This document shows positions 54,640-64,000 of a stretch of 64,000 bases of DNA, one piece after another (positions within the stretch are counted from its first letter, which is position 1; every line of letters begins with the position of its first letter). A model generated the notes under the pieces. The model was not told the DNA's origin. It made no database searches and saw only the letters and a program-made list of their open reading frames with translations. Position numbers and translations under genes: made by a program. This DNA comes from Spirochaetota bacterium (GTDB lineage: Bacteria > Spirochaetota > UBA4802 > JAGODF01), in contig JARKUF010000009.1 in the NCBI GenBank assembly GCA_029974015.1, positions 1,167-65,166 on the forward strand. The letters run 5' to 3'.

Positions 54640-56814
54640 ATGGGTATTTTCAAGTACGACAAAAGCCAGCTTTTAGCCATTCTCATTTCAGTGGGGCTCT
54701 TTTTCCTCTTCTCCGGCCTTTACAAGTATTCCAGAATTTTCGACGGTATGGAAAACGGCGCCATCGACTTCAGGTTTCGCATGAGGGAGCCGTTCAAGGA
54801 AGTAAAAAAACTCGGCGACCGCGTCACCACCTTCAAACGCAATCCCAGGGCCCGGGAGGATATCGTCATCTGCGCCATCGACGAAGACACTCTGAAAACA
54901 TTCAGCCAGGAAGAGGACATTCGATGGCCCTTCCCCTGGGACATGCACAAAACCATCACACGCTACATGGCGGCAGACAAACCGGTGGCCATTTTCTTCG
55001 ACATCATGTTTTTAGACAATCTAAGCGAAAAGCTCGTGGACGGAGGCAGAGGGGCATTTCTGCCGGGCGGCGACTTCAGCCGCCTCGGTTACGCCCAGAT
55101 GAAACGGAGCTTCAATCCCGTCAATTTCCACTGGTTCCGCGCCCAGGAGCGCGAATTCGCCCGGACCATTAAGGAATCGGGCTGCGTGTTCTTAGACTAC
55201 CCTTTCCACACGGAGGAGTCGTTCAAGTCCTTTCCCGACTTTGGGGAACGCATGGATGCCCTAGACAAGTTCACATTCCCCGTGGAGAAAAAGGACATTC
55301 CGGGAAGCAACTGCGAGGAGGCCGAAGAGTTCGGCCGCGACCCTCGGTGTCCCTGGGTTTTCACCCTCACCCCTCCCACACCCCTCCTTTCCAGAGCGGC
55401 AAAGGGGTTGGGATACGCCAACGTCAGGCCCGATCCCGACTCGGTAAACCGAAGACTACCCCTGGTGATTCTTCACAGGCATGGGGACAGCTATAAATAC
55501 TATCCCTCTATCGACCTCCTTCTGGCGATGCAGTATTTCAATATCGGCGCTAAAGACGTAGAAATAAGGATGGGAGAATACGTGAAGCTCAAGAACCTCC
55601 CCGAAAAGAAGATGACGCGCCCCAACAAGGCCAGGGAAATCGCCATTCCTATTGACCACCAGGGTTTCATGGACATTAATTTCATAGGTGGTCCAGGGAG
55701 CTTCGACGTAAAAAGCTATTTCTATTTCAACCGCGATCCGGACCGCCGCGGAAATTTTAAGGACAAAATTGTTTTCATCGCCGCTTACAACGCAGCCGGA
55801 ATAGCCATAGACGTCCACAAGTCCCCCTTCGGCGACACCTTCGGGGTGGAGCACCACGCCAACGCGCTTAACACAATACTGAACCAGGACTTCATCCGCC
55901 GGCTCTCGGAAAACCAGAACGCCCTCATACTCCTCGGAATTGCCCTCTTCCTGGGACTCGTAATATCGAAGGCCACGATGATCAAGTCGATCATTTTCAC
56001 CCTGGCCTTTTCGCTTGTTTACGTCATCGCCTCCATGGCGCTTTTCGACACGGCGAACGTGGTGTACATATTCGCCACTCCCCTGGTCCAGATAGGCACC
56101 ACCTTTTCGGCCATCACGGCATACCGGGTCCTCACAGAGCAGAAAGAAAAGAAATACATTCGCCAGACATTCTCCAAGTTCGTCTCGCACACCGTGGTGG
56201 ACGAACTCCTGGCGCACCCGGAGAAGCTGAAACTCGGAGGAGACAAAAAAATCCTCACGGTCCTTTTCTCGGACATCCGGGGATTCACGACAATATCCGA
56301 GGCGCTTACGCCGGAAGCCCTTGTGGACCATCTGAACATCTATCTACAAGCCATGACCGATATCGTCATCAAGTTCGACGGCACGCTGGACAAGTACGTC
56401 GGCGACGAAATCATGGCCTTCTGGGGCGCGCCCATACCCCAGGACGACCACGCCCTTTTGGCCTGTAAAACGGCCATTGAGATGATGGAGGTCCTTCACC
56501 GGATGAACGATGCCTGGCGCGCCGAAGGGAAGCCCCCTCTGGAGATAGGCATCGGCCTCAACTCCGGCGAGATGGTTGTGGGAAACATGGGTTCTACCTC
56601 GCGCATGGACTACACTCTCATGGGCGACAATGTTAACCTCGGCGCGCGCCTGGAGGGGACAAACAAGCAGTACAAGACGAATATCATCATCAGCGAATAC
56701 ACCTACGAGCATGTCAAGGAGCATGTGATATGCCGTGAACTTGACCTGGTGCGGGTGAAGGGGAAGGAACTGCCGGTGAAGATTTACGAATTACTTGATA
56801 TTAAACAGGGGTAA
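54640..56814 (+). CDS. CHASE2 sensor domain–class III adenylate/guanylate cyclase (724 aa)
   Basis: N-terminal TM, periplasmic CHASE2, 3 TM helices, then a cyclase domain (LTVLFSDIRGFTTISE ... GDEIMAFWGAP ... GIGLNSGEMVVGNMGS). SD aaggag. Confidence 0.85.
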   Translation: MGIFKYDKSQLLAILISVGLFFLFSGLYKYSRIFDGMENGAIDFRFRMREPFKEVKKLGDRVTTFKRNPRAREDIVICAIDEDTLKTFSQEEDIRWPFPWDMHKTITRYMAADKPVAIFFDIMFLDNLSEKLVDGGRGAFLPGGDFSRLGYAQMKRSFNPVNFHWFRAQEREFARTIKESGCVFLDYPFHTEESFKSFPDFGERMDALDKFTFPVEKKDIPGSNCEEAEEFGRDPRCPWVFTLTPPTPLLSRAAKGLGYANVRPDPDSVNRRLPLVILHRHGDSYKYYPSIDLLLAMQYFNIGAKDVEIRMGEYVKLKNLPEKKMTRPNKAREIAIPIDHQGFMDINFIGGPGSFDVKSYFYFNRDPDRRGNFKDKIVFIAAYNAAGIAIDVHKSPFGDTFGVEHHANALNTILNQDFIRRLSENQNALILLGIALFLGLVISKATMIKSIIFTLAFSLVYVIASMALFDTANVVYIFATPLVQIGTTFSAITAYRVLTEQKEKKYIRQTFSKFVSHTVVDELLAHPEKLKLGGDKKILTVLFSDIRGFTTISEALTPEALVDHLNIYLQAMTDIVIKFDGTLDKYVGDEIMAFWGAPIPQDDHALLACKTAIEMMEVLHRMNDAWRAEGKPPLEIGIGLNSGEMVVGNMGSTSRMDYTLMGDNVNLGARLEGTNKQYKTNIIISEYTYEHVKEHVICRELDLVRVKGKELPVKIYELLDIKQG

Positions 56815-59115
56815 TGTTTCCAGGTCCCCGTTCTCTTTGTCTTTTCGCCCCTTCACCTTCGACAAAGTGGGTCCGGCGATGGGGCCTTTCATTTCCAGGG
56901 ACGCGTTCGTTGAGCCACCCTGAGGCTCCGTCAGGGCGAACGTTACGTCAAGGGGTACGTTCAATCCCGTGATGTAATCGTACCTGCCCCTGGCATAGAA
57001 ACGGGCCTTATCGCCCTGGAAGGCGAGCTTCGTTACCTGATATGAGTCGGCCCGCTGGCTGAAAGCCAGGGACGCCGAAATCGAAGAAATATCCCGCAAG
57101 TCCGCGTTATTCCACCCCTGCGAATTGAAAAAGTCTATCAGCCTCTCCTGAAAAAGCGTGTTTTTTAACACACCTCCGGTTAGGTCGACGGAAACGTCGA
57201 GTATCGAATTTTCAAGGAGCTGTGAAAGCCGAAAAGCCCCTACCCGATAGTGGATATCGGCATCAAGGGTCCCCTCCACCTCGCCCCTGACGGCGGCATC
57301 GGCACAGAAGGCCTTGAGGTCGAGCCCCTTCACCCCGGCATCGATGCTGACCTGGGGCATCCAGAGATTGAATTGGGCCGATGCCTTCAGGGTATAGGCG
57401 CCGCCGTACCCTGAGAGGGCGAAGTTGTCCACAGAAAAGGACCCGTCTTTCAATTCAGCAGAGAGGGAAAGCCCTGTCATGGCGGCGCGCTGGCCCGCCA
57501 CCACTTTTCCGGCTTCCAGGCGCATCTTCACATTGTTGAGATTGAGCAGCTTCCCCATCGGCTCCTTGTTGAAAATGATCTGCTCGTATCCGATTTTTTT
57601 ATCGGCATAGGCCCCCTCGTAGAGCATTTCCACGGCGGCCTTCAAAGGCCCCAGGAAGTCCCCGGCAGCCATCACGGGAGAGGTGAAAGTGATGGCGCTT
57701 TCCGAGCTTAGCGGGGCCCAGTTCTTGATGTACGTTTCCCAGTCCACATCAAATTTAGATGTCTCCAGGGCCGCCCGGACCCGGGCCTTCAGGACATCCT
57801 CCCTTAATATGAGGCTGGCGTGAATATTTTTTACCGCCTCCCGGGTTTTTTTCTTCTCCTGTACGCGCATGGAAAAATTTTCCAGTTCAAGCTCCATGCC
57901 CACCCCGCGCGAGGTCTTATTGCGAAAATCATAGCGAAGCCGGCCTCCGGCTTTCAGAGTGCCTCCGAAAGTCGCGCCTTCCACAGGGGTCACGTGTTCT
58001 GAAAACCTGGCGAGGTCGATGGAGTTGGTCTCGAAAGTTACGTCGAAATAATCCTCAAGGGAGTTTCTGTTGTATATCCCGTTCAGCGCCAGGCGGAAGC
58101 TGTCGTCGGAAAGGTCAAAGCGTCGCACTGTTATTCTCTCAAACCCCCTCGCACCGTCGACGATAAAATCGAGATTGAGATTTTCGTGGAAAAGGTAGTG
58201 AATGCGCTCGTGGTCCCGTATTTCAAGGGCGTCCAGACTTGTCATTTCCACTCTGCCATACAGGCTCACGTTGTCGTCCACGGTGTTCATCTCCAGGAAC
58301 GCGTCGAGCCCGCCTCCTATAAAGAGGGAGTCCTTCATGTTTTCTCTGAGATAGGCGTTGAAATACGAAACGTCCAGGTCCTCCACGTTAAGGACGTTCA
58401 CCGACGAGACAGCCCTGCCGTCCCCGCCAAGTTTCATGCGCCCAAAGAAGCGGACCCGGCCGCGGCCCAGGTTTTCATTCCGCAACGGCAGGACCTTTCC
58501 GGAAAAATCGCAGGACACCGCATTGCCGCGAAGAACCAGAAACGCCGATGCCCGCTCCAATTTCACCTCGAGGGTGTCGTCCCGGAATACCTCACGGTAC
58601 AGAACCCTCGACCCGTCGATGTCGATGTAAAAACGGTCCCGGTCTATCTGAGGTATCTCTGCCACGGGCCTGGCGAGGCGGAATATTTCATGGAACGTTT
58701 CGAGATACCCCTTTCCGTACTTCTTGTACAGGGTGATATCGGGGTTCTCGAAGAGGATACCGCGAATTACGGGCTTTTCCGTAAAGAGGGAACGGAAGCA
58801 CATCCGAATCTCGACGGTACGGCATTTGATGAGGCTGATATTGTCGTTGAAGTCGCCGCTGATCGAGATATTAAGATTGGAAACGACTATATTGCCGAGA
58901 ACGCTCACATACACATCATCGAAAGCCGCTGCCTTCCCGAAATTGTCCCTGATGAATGTCGTGACATAATCTTTCAGCACGTTTTCCGGGAAGGCCCTGA
59001 CGAGATACACCTTCAGGGACACGGCGAAGACCGCCAGGAAGGCCAGAGGTACCAGGACGGACAAGAGGACCTTCCTGCCCACCCTGGCGAGGAGAGTATC
59101 GAACAGCTTTATCAA
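56791..59115 (-). CDS. AsmA-family large membrane-anchored protein (774 aa)
   Basis: N-terminal TM anchor plus the AsmA/DUF748-like N-region (VSLKVYLVRAFPENVLKDYVTTFIRDNFG). Convergent with the cyclase gene and overlaps it by 24 nt. Confidence 0.65.
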   Translation of the reverse strand: MIKLFDTLLARVGRKVLLSVLVPLAFLAVFAVSLKVYLVRAFPENVLKDYVTTFIRDNFGKAAAFDDVYVSVLGNIVVSNLNISISGDFNDNISLIKCRTVEIRMCFRSLFTEKPVIRGILFENPDITLYKKYGKGYLETFHEIFRLARPVAEIPQIDRDRFYIDIDGSRVLYREVFRDDTLEVKLERASAFLVLRGNAVSCDFSGKVLPLRNENLGRGRVRFFGRMKLGGDGRAVSSVNVLNVEDLDVSYFNAYLRENMKDSLFIGGGLDAFLEMNTVDDNVSLYGRVEMTSLDALEIRDHERIHYLFHENLNLDFIVDGARGFERITVRRFDLSDDSFRLALNGIYNRNSLEDYFDVTFETNSIDLARFSEHVTPVEGATFGGTLKAGGRLRYDFRNKTSRGVGMELELENFSMRVQEKKKTREAVKNIHASLILREDVLKARVRAALETSKFDVDWETYIKNWAPLSSESAITFTSPVMAAGDFLGPLKAAVEMLYEGAYADKKIGYEQIIFNKEPMGKLLNLNNVKMRLEAGKVVAGQRAAMTGLSLSAELKDGSFSVDNFALSGYGGAYTLKASAQFNLWMPQVSIDAGVKGLDLKAFCADAAVRGEVEGTLDADIHYRVGAFRLSQLLENSILDVSVDLTGGVLKNTLFQERLIDFFNSQGWNNADLRDISSISASLAFSQRADSYQVTKLAFQGDKARFYARGRYDYITGLNVPLDVTFALTEPQGGSTNASLEMKGPIAGPTLSKVKGRKDKENGDLETLPLFNIK

Positions 59116-59400
59116 ACCGGGAAATGCCTCTTAATATACTGAGCTATTATATCCGCCCTTCGGGCCGACGAGAAGCGGCATGAAGGCAACTACAAACATT
59201 GCCCACCGACCGTTATAGTCAAGCATATAAGGAAATGGCTGATAATAAAAGGAAGACGCAAGGGACACATAATACTTTCTGAAATATTGTTCTTGTAAGG
59301 CCCCGGCCGTCTCATACCATTGGCCGGAAATTTCTTCCCCGGACCGGAGAATCACCCTGTGGATTTCATATCTTCCCTTCTTTCGGACTTTTCCCCCTAC

Positions 59401-60009
59401 ATGCCGCTTATCAGCATGGGTTTACTAATGCTTGCGGGCCTCAACATGCCCATTTCCGAAGACCTTGTCTTGATTATCTCCGGGGCCCTCTCCGCAGCCT
59501 ACCTCCCCGACCGGGCACTTCTTGTCTTCGCTGGATGCTACACAGGCGCCCTGGCCAGCGACATCATTTCCTATTGCCTTGGCCGCTTCGGTGGGCGCTT
59601 TCTCATGACCTGGAAACACGCACACAGGATGATGCCGGAGGAAAAAATCCGCAGAATGGAGGGTTATTTCGAACAGTATGGCGGGAAAACCCTTCTCTTC
59701 GGCCGGTTCATTCCCTTCGGCGTGCGCAACCTCATTTTCATGACTGCGGGATTTAGCAGGATGCCTTTTATTAAATTCGTCCTGATCGACATCATCCCTC
59801 TCTCGATCTCCTCGTCGCTTACCTTCTACCTTGGAATGTCCTTCAGCGATAACTATCATGTCATCATACCCTGGCTCGACCGCTTCAAGCTCGTCATAGC
59901 CGGTATCGCCGCCCTAATCGTCGCCATCATCCTCATCATGAGACATAGAAAGCGAAACATCGGCGTCCTCAACGCCGAACCCGCCGACCATCGTCGCATT
60001 ACGCGATAA
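59401..60009 (+). CDS. DedA (SNARE-associated / TVP38-TMEM64) family membrane protein
   Basis: Conserved DedA motif (LFGRFIPFGVRNLIFMTAGFSRMPF). The start is refined to MPLISMGLLM. Confidence 0.75.
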   Translation: MPLISMGLLMLAGLNMPISEDLVLIISGALSAAYLPDRALLVFAGCYTGALASDIISYCLGRFGGRFLMTWKHAHRMMPEEKIRRMEGYFEQYGGKTLLFGRFIPFGVRNLIFMTAGFSRMPFIKFVLIDIIPLSISSSLTFYLGMSFSDNYHVIIPWLDRFKLVIAGIAALIVAIILIMRHRKRNIGVLNAEPADHRRITR

Positions 60010-60115
60010 AATTTTCACATTCTCCCTTTTTTTCATTGAAAAAGGACATTCGCTTAATTACATTATACCATTCCGGTCGTTTATTCCGCATTTCACGGCG
60101 GCCAGGCGAGGTATC

Positions 60116-61273
60116 ATGGCAAAGGTCAAGATACAATCTATCCGCGAAAAAAACGCCATCATCGGCAACATCATCGACGCAATGGCGGCCAGGACGGGGT
60201 TTCTCCTGGTGGGCCACAGGAATGCCGATGAGGACTGCATCGCCTCCATGGTGGCCTTCGCCATACTCCTGACCAAATTCGACAAACAGGTCCAGATATA
60301 TATTGACGGGGTGATCCCCCCCAATGTGGGGTACCTGGCCAACATCTGCGTCTACAACTCCATCAGGGTTATAAATAGCCGCCAGCGCCTGATGCCCGGC
60401 GTCGACACCATTATCGCCTGCGACACGCCAAAGCCGTCAATGCTCGACATGAGCCCGAAAATCCGCAAGATATTCGCAAGCGCCGAAGTAATCCGCATCG
60501 AGGTGGACCATCACCTTGGAGCGGACAGCGACTATATTGGCGATGAAGGATACCGACTGGTCACCGAGGCGTCATCGGCAAGCGAGCTTGTGGGGGTCCT
60601 CGCATTGAAGCTGAAGCTTCGCAAGGACATTCTGGGCCGCTTCATGATAGCCGATCCCCTGTCGCGCAACTTTGTCCTTGCGGTCCTCACCGGTATTATC
60701 GGCGATACCAATATGGGGAAGTACCTCAAATCCAGGAGGGAGAGCAGATACTACAATATCTTCTCCGGCATCTACAACGACATTCTCATGCGCACCACGG
60801 TAAAGGAGTCGAACTTTACCCGGATTGACGAGGTGTACAAGGAGCTGCAAAAACTTTCCGAAAAGGAAGCAAAGTGCTACGGCTACGTGATACAGAAACA
60901 GAACCTGTCTAAATCCGTGGCATATATCGTCCTCACCGGAAAGGACATGAGTCACCTTGCTGAAAACTACGACAGGGAGACCATCGTCAACGTCACAAAA
61001 CAGATCGTCAACGATCTGGCCGAGATAAGCCAGAAAGTGGGAATCATAGCTTTTCCGGAGAAAACGGAAACGACCGACCTGGTACAGTTTCGCATGCGGC
61101 GAAGCCATAATTTCAAAAGCTACGACCTCAGAAAGATACTCGAGTTGTTTTCCATAAAAAACGGAGGAGGCCACGAAGGGGCCGTGGGCTTTCGCTTCTC
61201 CTCCGGGGAGATAAAGGACCTCCGGGGGTACACGGAGCGCATCGTGGAAAGGCTCGAGAAGGAAATCGAATAA
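60116..61273 (+). CDS. DHH/DHHA1 phosphoesterase (NrnA-like nanoRNase / pAp phosphatase)
   Basis: DHH motif (GHRNADEDCIASMVAF, ACDTPK) and DHHA1 GGGHEGAVGF. Confidence 0.8.
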   Translation: MAKVKIQSIREKNAIIGNIIDAMAARTGFLLVGHRNADEDCIASMVAFAILLTKFDKQVQIYIDGVIPPNVGYLANICVYNSIRVINSRQRLMPGVDTIIACDTPKPSMLDMSPKIRKIFASAEVIRIEVDHHLGADSDYIGDEGYRLVTEASSASELVGVLALKLKLRKDILGRFMIADPLSRNFVLAVLTGIIGDTNMGKYLKSRRESRYYNIFSGIYNDILMRTTVKESNFTRIDEVYKELQKLSEKEAKCYGYVIQKQNLSKSVAYIVLTGKDMSHLAENYDRETIVNVTKQIVNDLAEISQKVGIIAFPEKTETTDLVQFRMRRSHNFKSYDLRKILELFSIKNGGGHEGAVGFRFSSGEIKDLRGYTERIVERLEKEIE

Positions 61274-61276
61274 TCG

Positions 61277-61894
61277 ATGAAGGGATTCGCCGCATGTATC
61301 TCCGCGGGCCTGCTCTTCCTGGGAACTTCCGCCGCAGCTTCCATCCATACCCGGATTCTCCACGACGGCACCATGGAGTACTTCAATACCTCGGAATCGG
61401 CGCGTCCCCGGGGGAAAATAATGCTGAGCGGCCGGTACGATCCTCTGATTCAGCGCATCGCCGAAAAGGAAGGCGTTGACCCTCTCCTGGTCAAGTCGGT
61501 GATTAAAATTGAGTCCGACTTCAATCCCAACGCCGTCTCCGAGGCGGGGGCCATGGGGCTCATGCAGATCATGCAGGTCATCGCCAACTCATACGGCGTC
61601 AGGGACCCCTTCGATCCGGAGCAAAACCTCTCCGCTGGAATTAGGCACCTCTCTTGGCTTATGCGCTCCTTTGACAACGATACACCCCTGGCCCTGGCCG
61701 CCTATCACGCCGGCATAGGCAGGGTGAAGCGCCGCATGGCTATTCCCCCCATCCGTTCCACCGTGGCCTACGTGAACGATGTCATGCGCATCTACAACCG
61801 CCTCACGGGAAAAGAGGACCGGGATTATGGGGGTGCGGTAAAGAAGCTCTACACCCGCATCCGAAAAGACGGGACGCTGGAGATTCTGAATTGA
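61277..61894 (+). CDS. lytic transglycosylase (SLT domain) with signal peptide
   Basis: SLT catalytic region ESDFNPNAVSEAGAMGLMQIM ... AYHAG. Confidence 0.8.
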   Translation: MKGFAACISAGLLFLGTSAAASIHTRILHDGTMEYFNTSESARPRGKIMLSGRYDPLIQRIAEKEGVDPLLVKSVIKIESDFNPNAVSEAGAMGLMQIMQVIANSYGVRDPFDPEQNLSAGIRHLSWLMRSFDNDTPLALAAYHAGIGRVKRRMAIPPIRSTVAYVNDVMRIYNRLTGKEDRDYGGAVKKLYTRIRKDGTLEILN

Positions 61895-61930
61895 GGGCGG
61901 ACAGTTCCGTTGTGCTGCGGGAAGGAGAAA

Positions 61931-62944
61931 TCACTCCACAAATTCTTCCTTCTCTTTTCTGATGGTAATGGTCCCCTGGTCGTTCAGGGTTTTCATCACG
62001 CCGACGATGATGTCCCGCGCCGCCTGGATTTCCGAAATCCGGACCGGTCCCATGGCGTCCATGTCGCCCAGGATGTCCGTGGCCCGGTTGCGGCTCATAT
62101 TGCGGAAAAATTTGACGCGGATTTCGTCCCCCGCGCCCTTCAGGGCGCGGGAGATGACGGCGTCATCGCTGATTTCATCGATGAGAATGCGCATCTCGCG
62201 GTTTTCAAGGTTCGCCACATGCTCAAATGTGAATATTTTGTCGCGTATCTCTCGGGCCACATCGGGCATCTGTACGTCGAAGTAATCCATGAGGGATTTC
62301 TCCTGGTCTCCGCTCATATGGTTTAGAATGGTCACCAGGGTATCGACCCCTCCCGTTGTCTCCATGCCGGGGCCGGTTTTGTATTTGTCGTACTTACGTC
62401 GAAGCACACGGGCAATCTCCACAACCGCCTCCGGAGATGTCTTGTCCATCCGGGCCATGCGGCGCGCCACTTCCTTTGCAACGGGCGAGTCGAGGCCTTT
62501 GAGGACTTCAGCGGCCTTTTTCGGTAGAACATGGGCCATGGTAACCGCGATGGTCTGGGGATGCTCATCTTGAAGGAAGGACACCAGGACTTCGGAGTCC
62601 ACGTCCGTCAGGAACTCGAACCCCTTTTCCAGGTCCTGTTTCGAGAGACGATTGAAAATGTCCCTCGACTTTTCCTCGCCGAAGGCGCTCACCAGGAGCT
62701 CGCGGGCCACGTTTTCGCCCCCGAAAGAGGCGCCGCGGTGTTTTCTGATTTCCACCATGAACTCGCCTATCAGGTCTTCCTTGTCCTCGGCGGTAAGCTT
62801 TTGTATCTTTGCGATCTCCCCGGAAATTTTACGCACGGTCTCATCGTCCAGGTGGCGGATTATTTCCGAAGCTACAGCGGGCCCCAGGGCCACCATGAGG
62901 GCGGCCGCCTTCTCAACGCCGGACATTTCGTGAAGGGGCTTCAT
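61931..62944 (-). CDS. fliG: flagellar motor switch protein FliG
   Basis: FliG N-terminal, middle and C-terminal domain architecture (MSGVEKAAALMVALGP...; ...ILIDEISDDAVISRALKGAGDEIRVKFFRNMSRNRATDIL). The start is refined to MKPLHEMSG. Confidence 0.85.
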   Translation of the reverse strand: MKPLHEMSGVEKAAALMVALGPAVASEIIRHLDDETVRKISGEIAKIQKLTAEDKEDLIGEFMVEIRKHRGASFGGENVARELLVSAFGEEKSRDIFNRLSKQDLEKGFEFLTDVDSEVLVSFLQDEHPQTIAVTMAHVLPKKAAEVLKGLDSPVAKEVARRMARMDKTSPEAVVEIARVLRRKYDKYKTGPGMETTGGVDTLVTILNHMSGDQEKSLMDYFDVQMPDVAREIRDKIFTFEHVANLENREMRILIDEISDDAVISRALKGAGDEIRVKFFRNMSRNRATDILGDMDAMGPVRISEIQAARDIIVGVMKTLNDQGTITIRKEKEEFVE

Positions 62945-63798
62945 GCCTTGACGGTGACCCTCAGGGGAGTGATGACCTTCTGGGGGCATACCTCGGCGCA
63001 CTTGCCGCAGTTGATGCACTTGTCATAATCAAAGACAGCGAGATTGTCGATTACCTCTATGGCCGTTTCGATGTCCGGGCTGTCTTTGAAAACCTCTTTG
63101 CACGCCTTGACGCACCGCCGACAGGCGGTGCAGCCCACGTCGCACCCCAATTTCATGACCGGGGTCTTGTCGTGGCTGCAGCATATCATGTTCACGTCGA
63201 AATTGCGCTCAACAAGGCGTATAATGTTCCTCGGGCACTCGTTGACGCACTTGCCGCAACCGGTGCATTTGTCCCAGTCGACCACAGGAAGCCCGCGCTT
63301 TTCGTCCATGTGGATGGCATCGAAGGGGCAGACGCGGGTGCAGTCCCCCAGGCCAAGGCAGCCGTATCGGCATGTTTTGAAACCTCCCATGATCTGGTGG
63401 GCGGCGTGGCAGCTTTTCGGCCCGTGATATTCGAATTTTTTCCGGGTAACGTCGATCGCCCCCTGGCACATAACCCGGGCAACCGTAGGCTTTAAACCCA
63501 GGGAAACGACCCCCATGACCTCTGCGATTTTATCCACCGTTTCGGACCCACCTACGGAACAAAGATTGATAGCTACCTCCCCTTTCATGATCTTGGCGGC
63601 ATATCCGGAACACCCCGGCTGGCCGCAGGCCCCGCAGTTTGCCCCTGGAAGGGATTCAAGGATGCTTGCGAAGCGCGGATCGTGCTCCACTTTGAGCTTC
63701 TGTTTGGCGACGGAGAGGACGAGCCCGAAGACGGCGCCGAGGGCGGTCAAGCTCACTACAGCCGATATTGAAGGTAAAAAATATTCCACAAAGAGCAC
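62941..63798 (-). CDS. RnfB-like Fe-S protein (electron transport complex subunit B family): N-terminal TM, CxxCGxxGC cluster, two 4Fe-4S ferredoxin domains
   Basis: LPGANCGACGQPGCSGYA, then CTRVCPFDAIHM, CTGCGKCVNECP, CTACRRCVKAC, CINCGKCAEVCP. Its stop overlaps the fliG start by 4 nt. Confidence 0.75.
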   Translation of the reverse strand: MLFVEYFLPSISAVVSLTALGAVFGLVLSVAKQKLKVEHDPRFASILESLPGANCGACGQPGCSGYAAKIMKGEVAINLCSVGGSETVDKIAEVMGVVSLGLKPTVARVMCQGAIDVTRKKFEYHGPKSCHAAHQIMGGFKTCRYGCLGLGDCTRVCPFDAIHMDEKRGLPVVDWDKCTGCGKCVNECPRNIIRLVERNFDVNMICCSHDKTPVMKLGCDVGCTACRRCVKACKEVFKDSPDIETAIEVIDNLAVFDYDKCINCGKCAEVCPQKVITPLRVTVKA

Positions 63799-64000
63799 CT
63801 CCGGGAAGGATTGGGCCGCCCGTGCAGGCCTGCCTGGCGGGCATCAGAGAATTATATACGCCTTCCGGCTGATACTACATAAGTTTTTGCGGAAAATAAT
63901 CAATAATTATTTTGACTCTTTATCCGAAAAAGATAGTATAGCTCCATTTAGATGCCTATAAACCCATGGAAAAACGAAACATCCATTCCGACCTCCACGA

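Overview
This window is a GC-rich (~58%) bacterial chromosomal segment. Most of it is housekeeping genes: aspS, argS, phoH–pgpH-like–ybeY, a phosphohexomutase, a ccmABC(D)EF system-I cytochrome c maturation cluster, mnmA, ispG, class-3 fbp, mobAB, mutS2, cinA, fliG, a CHASE2 adenylate cyclase, an AsmA-like protein, DedA and a DHH phosphoesterase. Ccm system I, an AsmA-like protein, an outer-membrane beta-barrel gene and fliG indicate a Gram-negative, flagellated organism. I cannot assign a taxon from the sequence alone.

The most striking signal is not a gene. It is a new family of ~120-bp MITE-like intergenic repeats, with at least 10 full, partial or degenerate copies in both orientations. 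Each full copy has imperfect ~18-bp terminal inverted repeats (AAGGCAACCTCTAATAAT ... ATTTTTAGAGGTCCCCTT), a perfectly palindromic GC hairpin (TTTCCCGCCCGCC-GAAG or TTCG-GGCGGGCGGGAAA), a conserved core (AGTCCTGAGTATGCCAGTAGTTACAAT) and an AT-rich palindromic hairpin (GGGAACCTCAAAAAATTTAATTTTTAGAGGTCCC). Copies lie only in intergenic DNA, often 10–80 nt upstream of start codons. One copy lies 12 nt past tRNA-Pro(GGG). Four copies cluster in a low-GC island (46.8–48.5 kb) that carries an OMP beta-barrel gene and an RHH-domain protein gene. No transposase gene is present in the window.

A second accessory locus (3.1–7.1 kb) contains a frameshifted GlcD-like gene remnant, two MITE copies, a DJ-1/PfpI gene and a HepT/MntA-type nucleotidyltransferase–HEPN toxin–antitoxin pair. 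The TA pair is bracketed by ~85-nt direct repeats at ~90% identity, which suggests an inserted cassette. Other points of interest are an RsmG–TrmH fused methyltransferase, a PTS-EIIA(Ntr)–zinc-ribbon fusion, an RnfB-like Fe-S protein translationally coupled to fliG, and a 28-nt perfect palindrome embedded in short tandem repeats upstream of a beta-lactamase-family gene. No CRISPR array, rRNA gene or transposase gene was seen.
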